Notes under the pieces: generated by a model
The model's database searches: none
What the model was told of the DNA's origin: nothing
Seen by the model: only the letters and a program-made list of their open reading frames with translations
Position numbers and translations under genes: made by a program
Part shown: positions 9,443-22,752 of the stretch, piece after piece
How the letters are laid out: each line of letters begins with the position of its first letter
Numbering within the stretch: position 1 is the first letter of the stretch
Assembly (NCBI GenBank): GCA_030141605.1
Contig: JAQGDQ010000581.1
Span: forward strand, 71,999-135,998
Length of the DNA stretch: 64,000 nucleotides
Reading direction: 5' to 3'
Source: Tubiluchus corallicola
Lineage: Eukaryota > Animalia > Priapulida

Positions 9443-12400
9443 TCAGACATTACCAACAGGTGCCAGCGTAGCTTGCAGTTGAAAATCATCATACACGTCT
9501 GCCAGCTGTTCAAGTTTGCACTGTTCTAGGATGACGAAGCCATCCAGACTCGGGCTGAGCTTGCGCGCGCAGTCCAGACAGTAGACCTGATGCTTGCCGT
9601 TCTCCTGCTCGCGACAGAACAATACGTTGAACACTTCCACCTCGCAGATGTGGCAGTAGTGCGCGACCTCGTTCTTCTCGCGCTGCTGATAAACCACCTG
9701 TTTTCCCAGGCTCTCGACAAACTCCAACATGATCTGAGATTCCTTCAGCGTCTTCAACAGCGTGCTCTTCAGCAGAGAAAACAATCGAGCGTCCTGAATC
9801 TTCACATTTCTCGCCAAGTTCCACGACAAGTGGACCATGGGCACGATGGATTTAAACGCGGTCAGCTTGTTCCACTCATAACGCTCCAAGGCCAGCTGAT
9901 ACTGAAGTGGAATAAACGGACCCACGTTCCAAGCAATGTTATTGCACCAACCCACTGCCTGAACCCAATGTGGCGCACCTGGACCGACCCACACGAGATC
10001 GCCTGGCCTCTGGATGAACCGATAAAGAGGAATGTTCTCCTCGTACATGTCGTCAACCAACGGCCACCACGAACCAGAAGAGAAGTTTATGTTGTGCTTT
10101 TCACAAAGTTGCTGCAGCGCTCCCCAGTACTCGGGCGGCGTTGCAAACCACTCGCAATCGCCCGGTCCGATGTTGATGTTCACCGAGCAAAAGTTGTTGT
10201 TCTCCTGATGGCCCGGCGTGCGACTTCCGGGCACTTTCATGTAAAGCTGCACCGTGTTCATGCCCAGAATGTTATGACCAACGTGACTCAGCATGTTATT
10301 CGCCGAGACGACGCGAAACATTGGCGGAAGCTTGCTCAGTTCCTGCAGTTGGGGACGCCACTTGGATTCGTCCGAGAGATCGACGTTCGTTCCAAACTTG
10401 ATGACTTTGTAATTTCCCCGGTCCTTTTTCTTCAGGTGAGAAGAGTTTGAATCGCTGTCCGACTGCGACTCTCGGTAGATGCCCTGCGCTTTGTCGTGTT
10501 CCTCTCTGAGACTCTCCTGAAATGACTGCGCTTGATATTGTGCGTATTTAGCTACTGTCGTGTAAGAACGACTGCTTTCACAGTGCCAGACCTGCTTCTT
10601 GCCGAACTCATCCCAGTTTTCGTCTGTAGGCTGCTGATGTTGCGTGCGCACTTCAACTATGTGATCCGCATTTGCCTCCACAAGGCTTTTAGTGGAAAAC
10701 AAGCCAAGGTCCAATTTAAGCGCTCCAGCTAATCCACGTATGATGGCAACTGGGTGCGAGTAGATCCACTTCTGAAGCTCTGGAGATATCACATCTTTCT
10801 TTGTTTCCAAATATATGCTTGGCGTAGGAGGATACAAATCTTCTTTGGGTAACGGAGGCTGTGGCGGATCGGGTGGACGAGGGAGTGGACACTTTTCCAT
10901 AAAAACGCTCGGATTTCCCTGTTTTCCCAACCCTTTGCACGCTATCAGTGTCTGCATTGCTGGTAGCTTCAGAGTTGCAGCGTCAACAATGTACAAAAAT
11001 GAATTCTTCTGCAATCTCTCAATATTATGTATATTACTATTATCTCTGGCGGCCATTGCACTGATTGGACCTGCCGCACTTGCAGCCGGCAAAGAGGACC
11101 TGGCAGCACCTTGGACACTAGACTGATCTTGGGCCTGTTGGGCCTGTGTAATTGATGCTACAGATTCTGGCTGTTCGCCAGTCAACACCGATCCGGACAC
11201 GCGCCGTTTCTTGGCCGTGGGCGAGACATAACCCGGCTTGTTCTCTCGCGACGTCGCGTACGGTTTATTCGGCACAGAAATGCTGTTGCTTGCTTGCTGC
11301 TGCTGTATGCTGGTGGCAATGTTGCCCTGTCTAGATGTCAGCTCAGCCGGTATGGGCAAGTTCCACGCCTCCTCGATGCTCGGCAGTGTCTTGGATCTTT
11401 GCAACACGCTCAGCTGCGGATTAGCCAACTGCGTTTCCAAGATCTTTATCCTCGCGGAAAGATTGGAGCCGATGTTAGGCTTGCACCTAGAAGCATTTAC
11501 GTAGCAGGTAAGTGCATCTTTCAGCTGCGTGCACGACTCGTACAGTATACCGAGATCGGTCCAAGCCGCAAAATGCATTTTATCCAATTGTACTGCACAG
11601 ATGTACGCCTGTAGAGCATCCATCGGCTGATTCTGCTGCTGATAAAGCACGCCTATGGAACACCAGGTGTCAGCACTTGCCTCCGATTTGTCGATGCTAT
11701 GACGGTACGACACGAAAGCGTCATGCACTTTGGCCGCGCTCGAGTAACACCTGCCCAGGAAATACCAACTTTGACCGCTGGTGGGGTCGGCCTCAATCGC
11801 TTTTGACAGGTACGATATTCCGCAGTTCTCTCTGTGCACCTTTGAGCCGAGTTGCTCACAAGTATGGTACATCCATCCCAACTGTCGAAGCGTGTTTGCT
11901 CTTACACTACTCGATAGATCGGGCGTCTGAAGAAGCTTCTCATACAGCTCTTTCGCTTTGAAGTACTTACCTTGGACTTCGTGCAGGTGTGCAATGTGGA
12001 ACTGTATCTCGACCTTGGACAGCGTGCACGGGTTCGAATCGATCAACGCGAGCTGAAAGTGTTTTAGGCTCGACTCGAAATCGTTGTTTATTTTGAAAAT
12101 GATTCCCAGATGCAAGTGAACTTCGCCGGCCCGGGAGAAACTTGGATCGATGTACAGTACTTGCTGGAGCGCTTTAACCGCCCACTGAAAGGCATTATAG
12201 TGAAAATACACAAGGCCCAGGCCATAAAGAAACGGTGCGTCTTTCCAGTACTCCTCCTCTAAATTAAAGAACTTTTGGTAGGCAGATAAGGCTTTTGGAT
12301 AATCTTCTAAAAGCAGGTGCAGATGTCCCAGCTTACAGTAGGTTTTTGGGTTAAACAGTTTCTCCGAACTGTCGGCGTTCGCCTTCGCCTTTTGTTCCAT

Positions 12401-12589
12401 TTCGTGAAAGAGGCGATTATCGGCGAGGACCTTCTCCAGATACTGCACGGCTTTCGTGATGAGGACCTTCTTCGGAGACTCCTCCGTCGCAGAGAGCTTC
12501 AAGAAACCATAAAGACGACTATCGTACTCTGCCAGCAGTGCCATCTCTTGAGCAGTTAGGACAACGCTATCCTCCTGCAGAGGCTGCAT
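9443..12589 (-). CDS. KDM6A: Lysine-specific demethylase 6A (UTX; TPR repeats + JmjC + Zn-binding domain), single coding exon
   Basis: Closely matches recalled UTX sequence in TPRs ([53 protein letters not shown]) and JmjC ([32 protein letters not shown]; [18 protein letters not shown]); two CxxC pairs. ATG at 12589; splice acceptor ttttatttTAG at 12611-12612. Confidence 0.97.
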   Translation of the reverse strand: MQPLQEDSVVLTAQEMALLAEYDSRLYGFLKLSATEESPKKVLITKAVQYLEKVLADNRLFHEMEQKAKANADSSEKLFNPKTYCKLGHLHLLLEDYPKALSAYQKFFNLEEEYWKDAPFLYGLGLVYFHYNAFQWAVKALQQVLYIDPSFSRAGEVHLHLGIIFKINNDFESSLKHFQLALIDSNPCTLSKVEIQFHIAHLHEVQGKYFKAKELYEKLLQTPDLSSSVRANTLRQLGWMYHTCEQLGSKVHRENCGISYLSKAIEADPTSGQSWYFLGRCYSSAAKVHDAFVSYRHSIDKSEASADTWCSIGVLYQQQNQPMDALQAYICAVQLDKMHFAAWTDLGILYESCTQLKDALTCYVNASRCKPNIGSNLSARIKILETQLANPQLSVLQRSKTLPSIEEAWNLPIPAELTSRQGNIATSIQQQQASNSISVPNKPYATSRENKPGYVSPTAKKRRVSGSVLTGEQPESVASITQAQQAQDQSSVQGAARSSLPAASAAGPISAMAARDNSNIHNIERLQKNSFLYIVDAATLKLPAMQTLIACKGLGKQGNPSVFMEKCPLPRPPDPPQPPLPKEDLYPPTPSIYLETKKDVISPELQKWIYSHPVAIIRGLAGALKLDLGLFSTKSLVEANADHIVEVRTQHQQPTDENWDEFGKKQVWHCESSRSYTTVAKYAQYQAQSFQESLREEHDKAQGIYRESQSDSDSNSSHLKKKDRGNYKVIKFGTNVDLSDESKWRPQLQELSKLPPMFRVVSANNMLSHVGHNILGMNTVQLYMKVPGSRTPGHQENNNFCSVNINIGPGDCEWFATPPEYWGALQQLCEKHNINFSSGSWWPLVDDMYEENIPLYRFIQRPGDLVWVGPGAPHWVQAVGWCNNIAWNVGPFIPLQYQLALERYEWNKLTAFKSIVPMVHLSWNLARNVKIQDARLFSLLKSTLLKTLKESQIMLEFVESLGKQVVYQQREKNEVAHYCHICEVEVFNVLFCREQENGKHQVYCLDCARKLSPSLDGFVILEQCKLEQLADVYDDFQLQATLAPVGNV

Positions 12590-12649
12590 CGTGAGTGACA
12601 ATTGTTTTACCTAAAATAAAAACAATACATTATTTTTGTACAACATAAC

Positions 12650-13260
12650 ATCATTTTATATATTTATATTTATCTTTATATATAATCTTTAGATTTATAT
12701 ATAATCTTTATTTGCCATTAAAACACATTGATAATCACTGATAAAAACTTACACTGCTAAAGGCAAATGCATCAGTGCAATCTAAACTACTGTGCAGTAA
12801 TGGAAAGTAACGATGAATAAAATCAAACATATTTACAACTATGCACAAAAAAGAAAAAATTATGATTTAATTAATATGGCCGTGGATATATAAATTCTGA
12901 ATTAGTGTGTATGTTGTTGTAACTGGAGAGATGGTATTTCATATCTGGTTAATATTAGTGATTTTAATTTTGTTTTAAATGCTGATAGGGACTTGATTTG
13001 TTTAACCTGTAATGGTAGAGAATTCCAAAGTAGAATTGCTTGTTTAATTATAGAGTTCGTTCCGTAGTGGGTGTTTGTCCTAATTTGTTTTAGATTGTTT
13101 GTACTGGAATTAACGATAGGATTTGGAAAAAAGGTAAATCTGTTATTCTGGAATGGTTTGCTGATGTTTAACTAGAATGTATTTAAATATAAAAAGCAGA
13201 GTAAAATATTCTTTGTGTGCTTCAATGATTCGGAATTTTAAAGTTTTTCTCCGGGTAGTT
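12650..13260 (-). mobile_element. 3' end of L2/Crack-like LINE in the KDM6A 5' intron
   Basis: Minus translation IRTNTHYGTNSIIKQAILLWNSLPLQVKQIKSLSAFKTKLK; followed by AATAAA and an AT-rich tail. Confidence 0.65.
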
Positions 13261-14164
13261 GTTGAAGCTTTGAATTTTTGTCTACCTGCCTTACGTTTGT
13301 ATGAGTACCCAACTATCAATAAATTTGCTTGAATTTGCTATCAATAATTTTGCTTGAATTTGGAATCGATTAGACCAAATTATTTTAGTTTTGACTAGGC
13401 CACCATATTCGATTAAAACAGTTCAAGTTAGATATAGAATTAAAAATTATGTTTTCTAAATAAAAGTATGATTCATCCTCTTTTATCAAAATAATTCTAA
13501 ACTGTTTAAATATTTTAATATATTTAATATAGGCAGTCAATTGGCTGATTAACTGATACATTTTTACCAATATTCTAGCTTAAACCATGAAATACTGTTA
13601 TTCATATTAATGCTATTTTATTAAATACTAAATGGTATTGTAGGTGCGGTCGCGCAAAAATGAGAATTCCTTTCCTATTATGTTTGAGTGGAAAATGCCT
13701 ATCAAAACAATTCAAACGCAGGTCTCTGCCTTCAAACCCAGGTCTCTGTTCGTCAAGATGCGAACATTCTCTGATGTGAAGTATCACAGGAGTGTTCATT
13801 CAGTCCAGCGTATAATGAAGGATTATTTCTTTACATATTCGTATTGTAGTCGACGCTTTAGCGTCATCTTCCAAAAACATGTCGTAAGTTTAAGTCGATC
13901 CCAAAAAATTTCACCTTAAAATCGCCTCCCAAAAATTCGACTTGTACATAAGTATATACGTTTTTTTTATTTGATAAGACAATTTCATGAATTCACTTCA
14001 CTTTTCACTCTTGGCTCACAGACTTCACTTACAAATTTGGTGCATACCTGTCTACTTATATAATGCTACGTAACTGAGCTGTAACTATTCACTAATCTCC
14101 GACAAAAATGACGCCATCGTAACATCAACATCAAACACATCATAACCAACTTGTCCCACACTTC

Positions 14165-14345
14165 AGGGATGAGAATGACAAATTGCAAAAAACTCCGAAA
14201 CAGGCCGGGGGTTTGGGGGCCGCGTAGACCATAGAGAACCTCAAAGAGGACTTAAAATATCAATTACCTTGTTTCGTGGATAATTTAAAATACCCAACTA
14301 TCAAGGATACATGATACCTAATTGTCTCAAAAACGCCTAAGTACT
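14165..14345 (+). repeat. Dispersed repeat fragment (cagggatgagaatgacaaattgc...)
   Basis: Longer homologous copy at about 30803-31045. Confidence 0.7.
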
Positions 14346-14599
14346 GGCCGCTCCTGTGCAAAAGTATATAAAAACTGTCTGCAATTGACTCAAATAACTC
14401 CGCACAATTGATTCTATATTTTTATACATAGAGATTTACACGTGGTTACACTGATGTACATGATGTAAACAAAGTGATGGCCTGCCAACTAGCGGTCAGC
14501 TTGTGAGATAATGAAGATGAAGATAGTCTTCTAGTTGTCTTATTCATTTTGAGATTAAAATTCTCAATAAACGAATCGAACTTTGAAATTTCGCTGGAA

Positions 14600-15040
14600 C
14601 AATTTACAATACATATTCAAAGTTAAACTTTCAAAACTATGTGCGGCTTAGTGAATCTACTAAGATTGGCAACAGCGCTTTTTGTCACATTCGCGTGGCC
14701 GACAAATAGAGGGCGGTACTGTGATAAGCATGATCATGAACTTCAGGGTTAGTTTCTGATGTCAGAGGACATAGAGCCTATTTTCATGACATCCTGTATT
14801 TAAGTAGTAGCACTTATGCAAACATGCTTAACGTGCAAGGGAAGATGCCTGCCATTGCACAAACTGTGGTTAGTTTCTGACATAAGCAATAGCTGTTTTC
14901 GGTTGCCGTTAATTAACGTTCTAAACTAATTATTCAAATATAAGGAACAATTGTTAACTTTTATAGGCAAGAAAATGTATATTTTGGACAGTAAAATTAA
15001 AATAAGATTGAGTCTAAACAATTGTCCGATTTTCCTTTAA
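14600..15040 (-). repeat. Dispersed repeat, probably a non-autonomous DNA transposon
   Basis: Reverse complement matches about 62860-63200; related segment at about 25695-25880; ends cctttaa. Confidence 0.65.
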
Positions 15041-16519
15041 AGCTCAATTAATCCCTGCATTTAAAAGGGCACACACATTAGTAAAATAAAGCACAAATTT
15101 CACTTGTGGGCAAAAAATAATGGGCAAATGCATAACTGTAATTGCCCACACGGAAGTAATTCATTTTATCGATAACCTTTCGCGATCTTTCTCAAATCAA
15201 TTCATTTAATTCCGCTGGCAAAATGTAATGAAAATTTTAAAACTTTTATTTTAAGATGAGAATATGGCAAGAGTTTCTAAAAAAAAATAATTTATTATTG
15301 CTGCAAAATTTTGATCTTATATCGGGCACTGTCAGTGGTAAAAGACTCTTGCACTTCTAAGTAGGCTTAATGAATTGTCTCATGTGCAATTAATAATTTC
15401 ATTATTAAAGTCTTACGTAAAAATTTGCAAAATGTGGTATTTCTTCAAGGTAGTACTAGTGATGTGATTAAAACTCACTGGCACCCCAAAATGCTCGCAA
15501 AACATGTAAAGGAATTACAAGTAAAAAAAGCTTATACATTCTTACTTTTATATTGTTATTACTGATACTAATTTTGCTATAAAGCTTTCAAAAATAAAAT
15601 TATAAATTTGTTAGTGATGTACAGCTACAGATTATAATTTGTGTGACAAACTTTATCATAACGCCAGACTCTTTCCATTGAATTAGTCACAACTTTATTA
15701 AATTTGAAGTAAGTGACAATGAATTTATGAAATACGTTTGTAACTTTCCTTTAAAGCCTAGGTGCACCCTGTGCTCCTGCTCGCTTAGTCCTAAAAGTAA
15801 AACTCCTTGCGCCTGTCAAAGACTCAAAGACAATTGTGATGGCATTATCCATACACTTCATTTCAGTGACTTATGTCATTAGCTCCATAATGACTTTAAG
15901 CTATTATTAATTTACATTTTTGTCAGTAAAATTACACACAAATAAATAAAAACAAAACTTAATTCAACGTGATAATATCTTACTAAAGCTCGGATCAATA
16001 TTCGTTTCACTTGAAAAAGAAAAAAGTCAATTTAAATACCTCATAAATTACTGTGGTTATATCACTCGTGGCAACAAATCAACATGCTCGGCGGGAGGAT
16101 AATAATGATCGCCAGTTATTTCAAAAAGGGCTTTGAAAATCACCTTAACAATGCAGACATGGCCACCACCATTATTATTGTGCGACATCACACCGCTAAA
16201 AATTAAAAGATCGACGCGACATTTATGTTAACACGGACAGATTTGCCAACGACTATGTCGGTTTCTGTCCAGTGTCCTTTGCATACAGCTGGTTGCCACT
16301 TTTCATTTAGTCCCTAGTGATGATACCGTAAGTGCATAACGGTCTGCAGAGCGAATGACTTCTTGTTGTTTGTTCATTATCTACATGTAAGCGAAAACTG
16401 CAATTGAAACTTCACAGCCCTTTTTAGACCTCTTACGGACAACAAATAAATAAAATTGCAGCGAACAATAATACGACATTATTTGTATAAACTATTTAAC
16501 ATTTTTAGTAATTCTCTAA

Positions 16520-17045
16520 TAAAAATAGTGTCGCACACCAATATTCATCTTAGAAGCACAGACAAGATATGATCCAGGCATTTAGAATCCTCAAGGGTGT
16601 TGACTGAATAGACTGCAACAATTAAAATATTTGTACGCCAGATACGCCATAGGTCAAGAAGACATTCACCTAAAATCAATACGAAGTCTTTCTCAAAATG
16701 GGATGAAGACAAAATTTCTTTGCAGCTCGTGTTTTAAGCGCCTGGAATAAGATTTCTGTGTATGTAGTGAACCCTTCTTCAGTTTCTCAATTTAGGGCTC
16801 AATTAGATCAACTCTGGGGCAATCATCCAGAGAAACATATTGATCCTAGACTTCCACAATGGCAGCAAGCCGCTTGAATTTTTGAGAAACCTAACATCGT
16901 ACAAATAACACACTGATACTATCTTCCACATCGCCTTGTTAGTGCTGCCACCTACTAAAATATTTAACATTAATAAAGCATCCAGAGAAGATTGGAGGGG
17001 TAAAACGGCAATTTATGCTTAACCTCTACCCATGCTGTAAGTAAA
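16520..17045 (+). mobile_element. 5'-truncated CR1 LINE 3' end
   Basis: RQDMIQAFRILKGVD remnant; terminal tttatgcttaacctcta shared with the CR1 ending near 39625. Confidence 0.7.
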
Positions 17046-17450
17046 ATGCCCAACAACTTTGAATTTTTGTTGGCTTAACAATTACAAAGACATTGTTTAG
17101 TTTAATTTGGTTTATGTTATTTGGCACAACCATAATAATGTAAATATGGTGAAATGTATATAATAAAGTTTATTAAAGTATTATTATTGATTATTAAATT
17201 ATGGGAACCATATTTATAGTGACACACTCCGTCATTTAATTTCTTTTTTGAATAAGTTCGGGTAAACCTGAAAAATAAAATAATACTGCATTTAATTCTC
17301 ATCACTTCAAGCTTATGTTAGTTTATTCAAAGTAACAACTCATGTACATTCTTCTGTGTAAACTTCTAAAATCACCATGTTTAATTGGGTGATCTATTGC
17401 AGTGATTGCAAAAATATACTGATAACTCACATTCTGGCAATTATAATATA

Positions 17451-18591
17451 CAGTCAACCTCGGGTATAAGGTACTTGCTCATACGGGACCACCAACACCG
17501 GTCCTGATTTTTCGTAACGTTTTTCCTTATAAAAATCTTCGTATATACGGTACTCGGATATAAGGGACATTCGCTTATAAGAGACCACCAACACCGGTCC
17601 TGATTTTTCGTAACGTTTTTCCTTATAAAAATCTTCGTATATACGGTACTCGGATATAAGGGACATTCGCTTATAAGAGACCACCAACACCGGTCCTGAT
17701 TTTTCGTAACGTTTTTCCTTATAAAAATCTTCGTATATACGGTACTCGGATATAAGGGACATTCGCTTATAAGAGACCACCAACACCGGTCCCGATTTTT
17801 CGTAACGTTTTTCCTTATAAAAATCTTCGTATATATGGTACTCGGATATAAGGAACACTCACTTATAAGGGACCACCAACACCGGTCCCGATTTTTCGTA
17901 ACGTTTTTCCTTATAAAAATCTTCGTATATACGGTACTCGGATATAAGGGACATTCGCTTATAAGAGACCACCAACACCGGTCCCGATTTTTCGTAACGT
18001 TTTTCCTTATAAAAATCTTTGCATATACGGTACTCGGATATAAGGGACATTCGCTTATAAGAGACCACCAACACCGGTCCCGATTTTTCGTAACGTTTTT
18101 CCTTATAAAAATCTTCGTATATATGGTACTCGGATATAAGGAACACTCACTTATAAGGGACCACCAACACCAGTCCCGATTTTTCGTAACGTTTTTCCTT
18201 ATAAAAATCTTCATATATAAGGTACTCTGATATATGGGACTTTCGTTTATAAAGGACAATATCTTCAGGTCCCGCGTAATGGAAACCCAGGTAAATTACC
18301 TCGCGTATAAGGGACCCTATCACCAAATATTTTTTATATCCTAAAAAACCTATGCCGAGAGCCCGCGCGGGCCAGACTGTATGGACTACGGTCAGTTCTT
18401 GTGGTTGTAATGATGTGAATAACTAGATGAAAATATAAAAAAATAAAACATCGCTAAAGCGAAATTGATCGATTTTTAACCTCAATTTTCCGCAAACTCG
18501 GCCTTCGAACAGCTCGGTTTCCGGGACTTAACTTCGGCTATAAGGGACATCGGATATAAGGGACGATTTTTTCCGGTCCAGAGGTTGACTG
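17451..18591. mobile_element. Tigger/pogo-like MITE swollen by an internal 96-bp tandem array
   Basis: ta|cagtcaacctc ... gaggttgactg|ta TIRs with TA TSD. Confidence 0.85.
17485..18255. repeat. Minisatellite, 96-bp unit x 8
   Basis: ccaccaacacc recurs every 96 bp from about 17489 to 18161; explains the repetitive ORFs. Confidence 0.95.
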
Positions 18592-18957
18592 TAATGCAAA
18601 AATTAGAGTTCATGAATTTTTGTAATCATATACTGGACAACCGTGGATGCACAAAATATCATCAAAACCGGTGCTACAGTAAAACAAGACTACTTCAGTT
18701 TATTCACGTTCTTTTACATTTATAAATAAAATGCAGAAAATGACAAAAATGTATTCACATGTAGTATTTTTGCATGTTAAAATAACAAAAGTTGGCATAC
18801 TTATAATTACAACTCATAACAAGTGCAGCACTATGTGTAATTTCATCTTAATAAAACCAATTAAAATTCACTAAGCAGCACTTGTGCCATCTGTTGAGCA
18901 GAAAAATAAATAAAAGAAAAGTTTGCTATATAAACATAGCAAATTAACTAACTACGG

Positions 18958-19439
18958 CAGGGGTGTGCAAATTATCTGACTAGCCGGGCCACATTAAACT
19001 TTCCCGCAATTCCTGCGGGCCACAGGCAGTTTGATCAAGGAGCCAAGTACAGAAAGGCCTAATAACGATTTTTTTGCATCCGACCTGCGTACATCATTAC
19101 TACTACACTCAAGAAACTATTTTAGAAGTTATTAAAATTTATATTACAAACCATATATTTCTACTTTCAGGACAGATAGTGGTAATTTCATTACAATGCA
19201 TATTAGTAATGTGTATCACACAGTCCGTGTAGTACAGTGACATTAAGCTACAACCGTCTTGTAAGGGTTAATGGCATCTGATCTAGTAGAAAAAACTACC
19301 CGCACTATCTTTGGGATCGTGGCACGCACCTCAGCTGGATACACTCAATTAATCGCCTGGGCCGCACTTTCATCAGGTTGACAAATCTCTTCACGGGCTA
19401 CACAAATTCTCTCGGCGGGCCGCAATTTGCACACCCCTG
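18958..19439. mobile_element. hAT-like MITE (family A)
   Basis: TIR caggggtgtgcaaatt / aatttgcacacccctg; near-perfect 8-bp TSD aactacgg/aactaggg. Confidence 0.9.
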
Positions 19440-19767
19440 AACTAGGGCATTATTTTGCACCAATAACACCAATGACAAATATGTAATTACAGTAAAAGGT
19501 TAAAAACAGGTAAACAGAAAAAGGAGAAAAAATGTAAATTGATTTATGCAAAAATAAATCATCAACAGTATCAAATATGGTTGGATTAAACAACAAACAC
19601 AACCAGGGAAACCTTTTTTTAGCATAAACTTATCTCGAGATTCATCAAATTCGTGAAATTAATGCGTCAAAGATCACCACACAATCTTGGACGGCTGTCA
19701 CAAATGGACGGCTAAAGACAATCATTATCGGCAACCGTTTCATTTTTTATAACGACTCCAGTAACAA

Positions 19768-20172
19768 GGGGTGAGCATTCTCTATCGGAAAGTGAATTCA
19801 ATTCAAATCTAATTTTTGACTTTCGAACTCGAATCAAACCAAATTTCAAGATGTCAAATCTGAATTGATGTCGAATTCAGTTTTAAAGTTTTTCGAAAAA
19901 CATTTTCGTACTGTTAACAAAAAACAATCTCGCAAAGATATTGCATATTGCTCGACTTTGTTCTGCAGTAAAAACACTAATAATTTGTTTAAAAGTTGAG
20001 CACAAAAATCACAGCTAAATTGTGCTGACTGATGTTTCAAACGTTTTAATGATAGAAAATGTACGTAACTGAAGTGTTGAATTATTAAAAATACATAATA
20101 TTAGATTTGAATTAAGTTCAAATTAAAAAACTCATTCGAATCGAAGCTTTCTAAGTTCAATGCCATTCCTGT
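19768..20172. mobile_element. Degenerate inverted copy of the 5120-5529 MITE
   Basis: aggggtgagcattctcta...gaattc matches the reverse complement of the 5120-5529 right end; internal similarity. Confidence 0.65.
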
Positions 20173-20265
20173 CAGTAAATACCTAAAAATATTTTCTGTT
20201 ACTGAAATTTAAAAGTACAAAGAGAGTACCACTCTCTTCACGTCGCAAATACTCGGGTGTTTATA

Positions 20266-21052
20266 CAGTAGACACTGCTTAATACCATCAATTACCGATA
20301 GTGTTTATGTATATTTGAATAGAATTGGCCCGTTCCAGGCGGTTTTGAGTCAGTTACCCTTATAGGGTCACCGGGCGGGGGGGGGGTTGTTAAAAAATTA
20401 CCAATCCACTAGTTTTTTGCATTTTACCCTTTTACCATATGCATCCCAGTAAACCTTTTCTATGACTTTTTCTAAATATGTTTTGTGCACAAATTACATT
20501 CAGTTATTTATTTTAGGCGCATTGTCTCACCACGAAATAAAAGTGAAAATATAATATGTCGATTTTTTAAAATTGACGAAACTTTACTTCGCTTGTCTAT
20601 ACATTATAGGAGCGATGTATCTGATAAAACAAAATGTCAGACGTCTGTATGCTGATGTAGAACTAGTCTACTCACAACTACAAAGACAATCAGATCACAA
20701 ACTCAGTCACTCAATAACAATGATTTTTGCACACGCGCTTGCAATGTCGGTTGTCTACAGTTATTCCAGCACGGATAAGGGAACGTAACTAAGTGAATTT
20801 AAAGTTCGTATTACTAGTAAGTCACATCTTTAAGCAGAGGTATAATGTATCCTATGGTGGTCAGCATAACCACAAATTATGCTGTTGCTGTTTATTAATG
20901 AAACACGGCGGTTTATCAAAAGTAATTTACAAATTATGGTGGGAGTAATTTTTTACCCCCTGGTTACCAAAATCGGTTGTAAAAAATCGTGACCCTATAA
21001 GAGTTAAGCGATTGAGTCTATTAACCGTGAGTCTATTAGGCGGCGCCTACTG
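20266..21052. mobile_element. Tigger-like MITE containing a nested piggyBac-like MITE (20357-21003)
   Basis: Outer ta|cagtagacactgcttaata ... tattaggcggcgcctactg|ta; inner cccttatagggtcac ... gtgaccctataagag|ttaa. Confidence 0.7.
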
Positions 21053-21185
21053 TACATGGATTTCTCGAGCGACAGTTTTAATTTGACTAGCATTAATTAA
21101 GTTTCATGTAATTCTCGACAACAAGTGCGAGCGGGTAATGGACGGTTGAGTTTTGGTCAGTGAAAGCTGGTCAGTGAAAGTAGTT

Positions 21186-21289
21186 CTAACGCTTGTTGAC
21201 TTCCTGTAACACTTGACCTTCATCATCGCTGTCATCAGTATCATCCAAATCTGCCACCACATCCGAATCTTTGCTCTTCGCGCCAGGAG
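21186..21289 (-). CDS. FAM92: FAM92/CIBAR coding exon 8 (last; acidic tail, TAG stop)
   Basis: Acceptor ttattctAG; phase fits exon 7; (S)PGAKSKDSDVVADLDDTDDSDDEGQVLQEVNKR*, acidic like the human FAM92A tail. Confidence 0.75.
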
Positions 21290-21739
21290 CTAGAATAAAT
21301 GATTCAGCACGAGTTAGAAAAAACCAAGCCGGCAATAAAAATTACAGAAACAAAAATAAGGAATTTTGAAATGGATGGATAAGCTGGCGAAACACATTTG
21401 GTGAAAATAAAAATAGTACTAATGCAGATGATATACATAAACATATATGCATTTATTTACAGTAGGTGAATCGCTACTATGTGCACTTGATGAGCAAAGT
21501 CTTAAGTAGTTGGATGGGTGACCGGAAGGTCCGATTCTGTAAGTGGATATTTTACCTCACTGTGGGAAGACATGCGTAGTTGCGGACTTCTGCATGTGAC
21601 AAAGATGTCCTCTATTGGTCCAGCACAATGAAGACAAATACCCTTGATACTTGATAATGAACTAGTCTCTAATCCCGCCACACCCATAAATTTCTGTAAT
21701 CTCTGCAGCTGAGTGCTTATCACCATCAGCATCAATTCA

Positions 21740-21820
21740 TTATCATTGTCAACACCATCACCATTGTCATCAGCATTAATATCACCATCGTTGTCATCAT
21801 TATCATCATCGTCGTCATCG

Positions 21821-21865
<45 letters not shown>

Positions 21866-21880
21866 ACAACAACAACATCT
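21740..21880. repeat. (TCA)n microsatellite / low complexity
   Basis: Direct reading; source of poly-D and poly-S ORFs. Confidence 0.95.
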
Positions 21881-22234
21881 TCCTTATCATTTTCTCGCAT
21901 CTGTTTGCTTCACTCCATTTAACGTATTTTTTAGTTGTTGTTTATATCATTAATTAAGTGTTATCCAAGTTGAGCGAAGCTCATAAGTTAATTTCTTCTG
22001 CTGCGCTCATAGCACTGCAATGCATTGTTAATCAGTAATTTTATAACTTTTATTTTTGTATGTGCTAAATGGGTGAATAAATATATCTAAATCTAAATAT
22101 GGATTCTATCTTAAGCGTGCCATACTATATCAAAAAGTATCTTCACATATATGCTTATAAATTAAGCAGCATTGTTGCTTCGTAATTGCTTTAAAGTCTA
22201 CATTTGCTCTCCTGTTATTCACTAAATCATACAT

Positions 22235-22752
22235 CATTTATCTTATTTATTCTACCGCTAGATGGCACCAGCTCATTAACAAGCTTTATAATATTATCAT
22301 TGGAAAATGCTATTGAAAATATTTTCCTGCTCAACAGCCACTAACGGAGTGACATAATTGCTTTATTTTGCTTATTTATCCTACCGCTAGATGGCACCAG
22401 CTCATTAACAAGCTTTATAATATGATCATTGGAAAATGCAATTGTAAATATTTTCCTGCTCAACAGCCACTAATGGAGTAACATAATTGCTTTATTTTGC
22501 TTATTTATCCTACCGCTAGATGGCACCAACCACTAATGGAGTGACATAATTGCTTTATTTTGCTTATTTATCCTACCGCTAGATGGCACCAGCTCATTAA
22601 CAAGTTTTATGATATGTTCATTGGAAAATGCAATTGTAATATTTTCCTGCTCAACAGCTACTAATGGAGTAAAATAATTACTTTATTTTGCTTATTTATC
22701 CTACCGCTAGATGGCACTAGCCACTAATGGAGTGATATAATTGCTTTATTTT
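22235..22752 (+). repeat. Tandem repeat (~129/63-bp units) with five CTCF-consensus motifs
   Basis: CCGCTAGATGGCAC at 22255, 22384, 22513, 22576 and 22704. Confidence 0.85.

Noticed and set aside
9590-12559. Long antisense and alternate-frame ORFs over KDM6A (e.g. 286 aa)
   Set aside because: Shadow ORFs expected from GC3-rich coding sequence; no recognisable motifs.
17441-18259. 272-aa repetitive ORF and overlapping ORFs
   Set aside because: Product of a 96-bp (multiple of 3) tandem unit inside a MITE.
21502-21922. Poly-Asp and poly-Ser ORFs
   Set aside because: Translation of a (TCA)n microsatellite.
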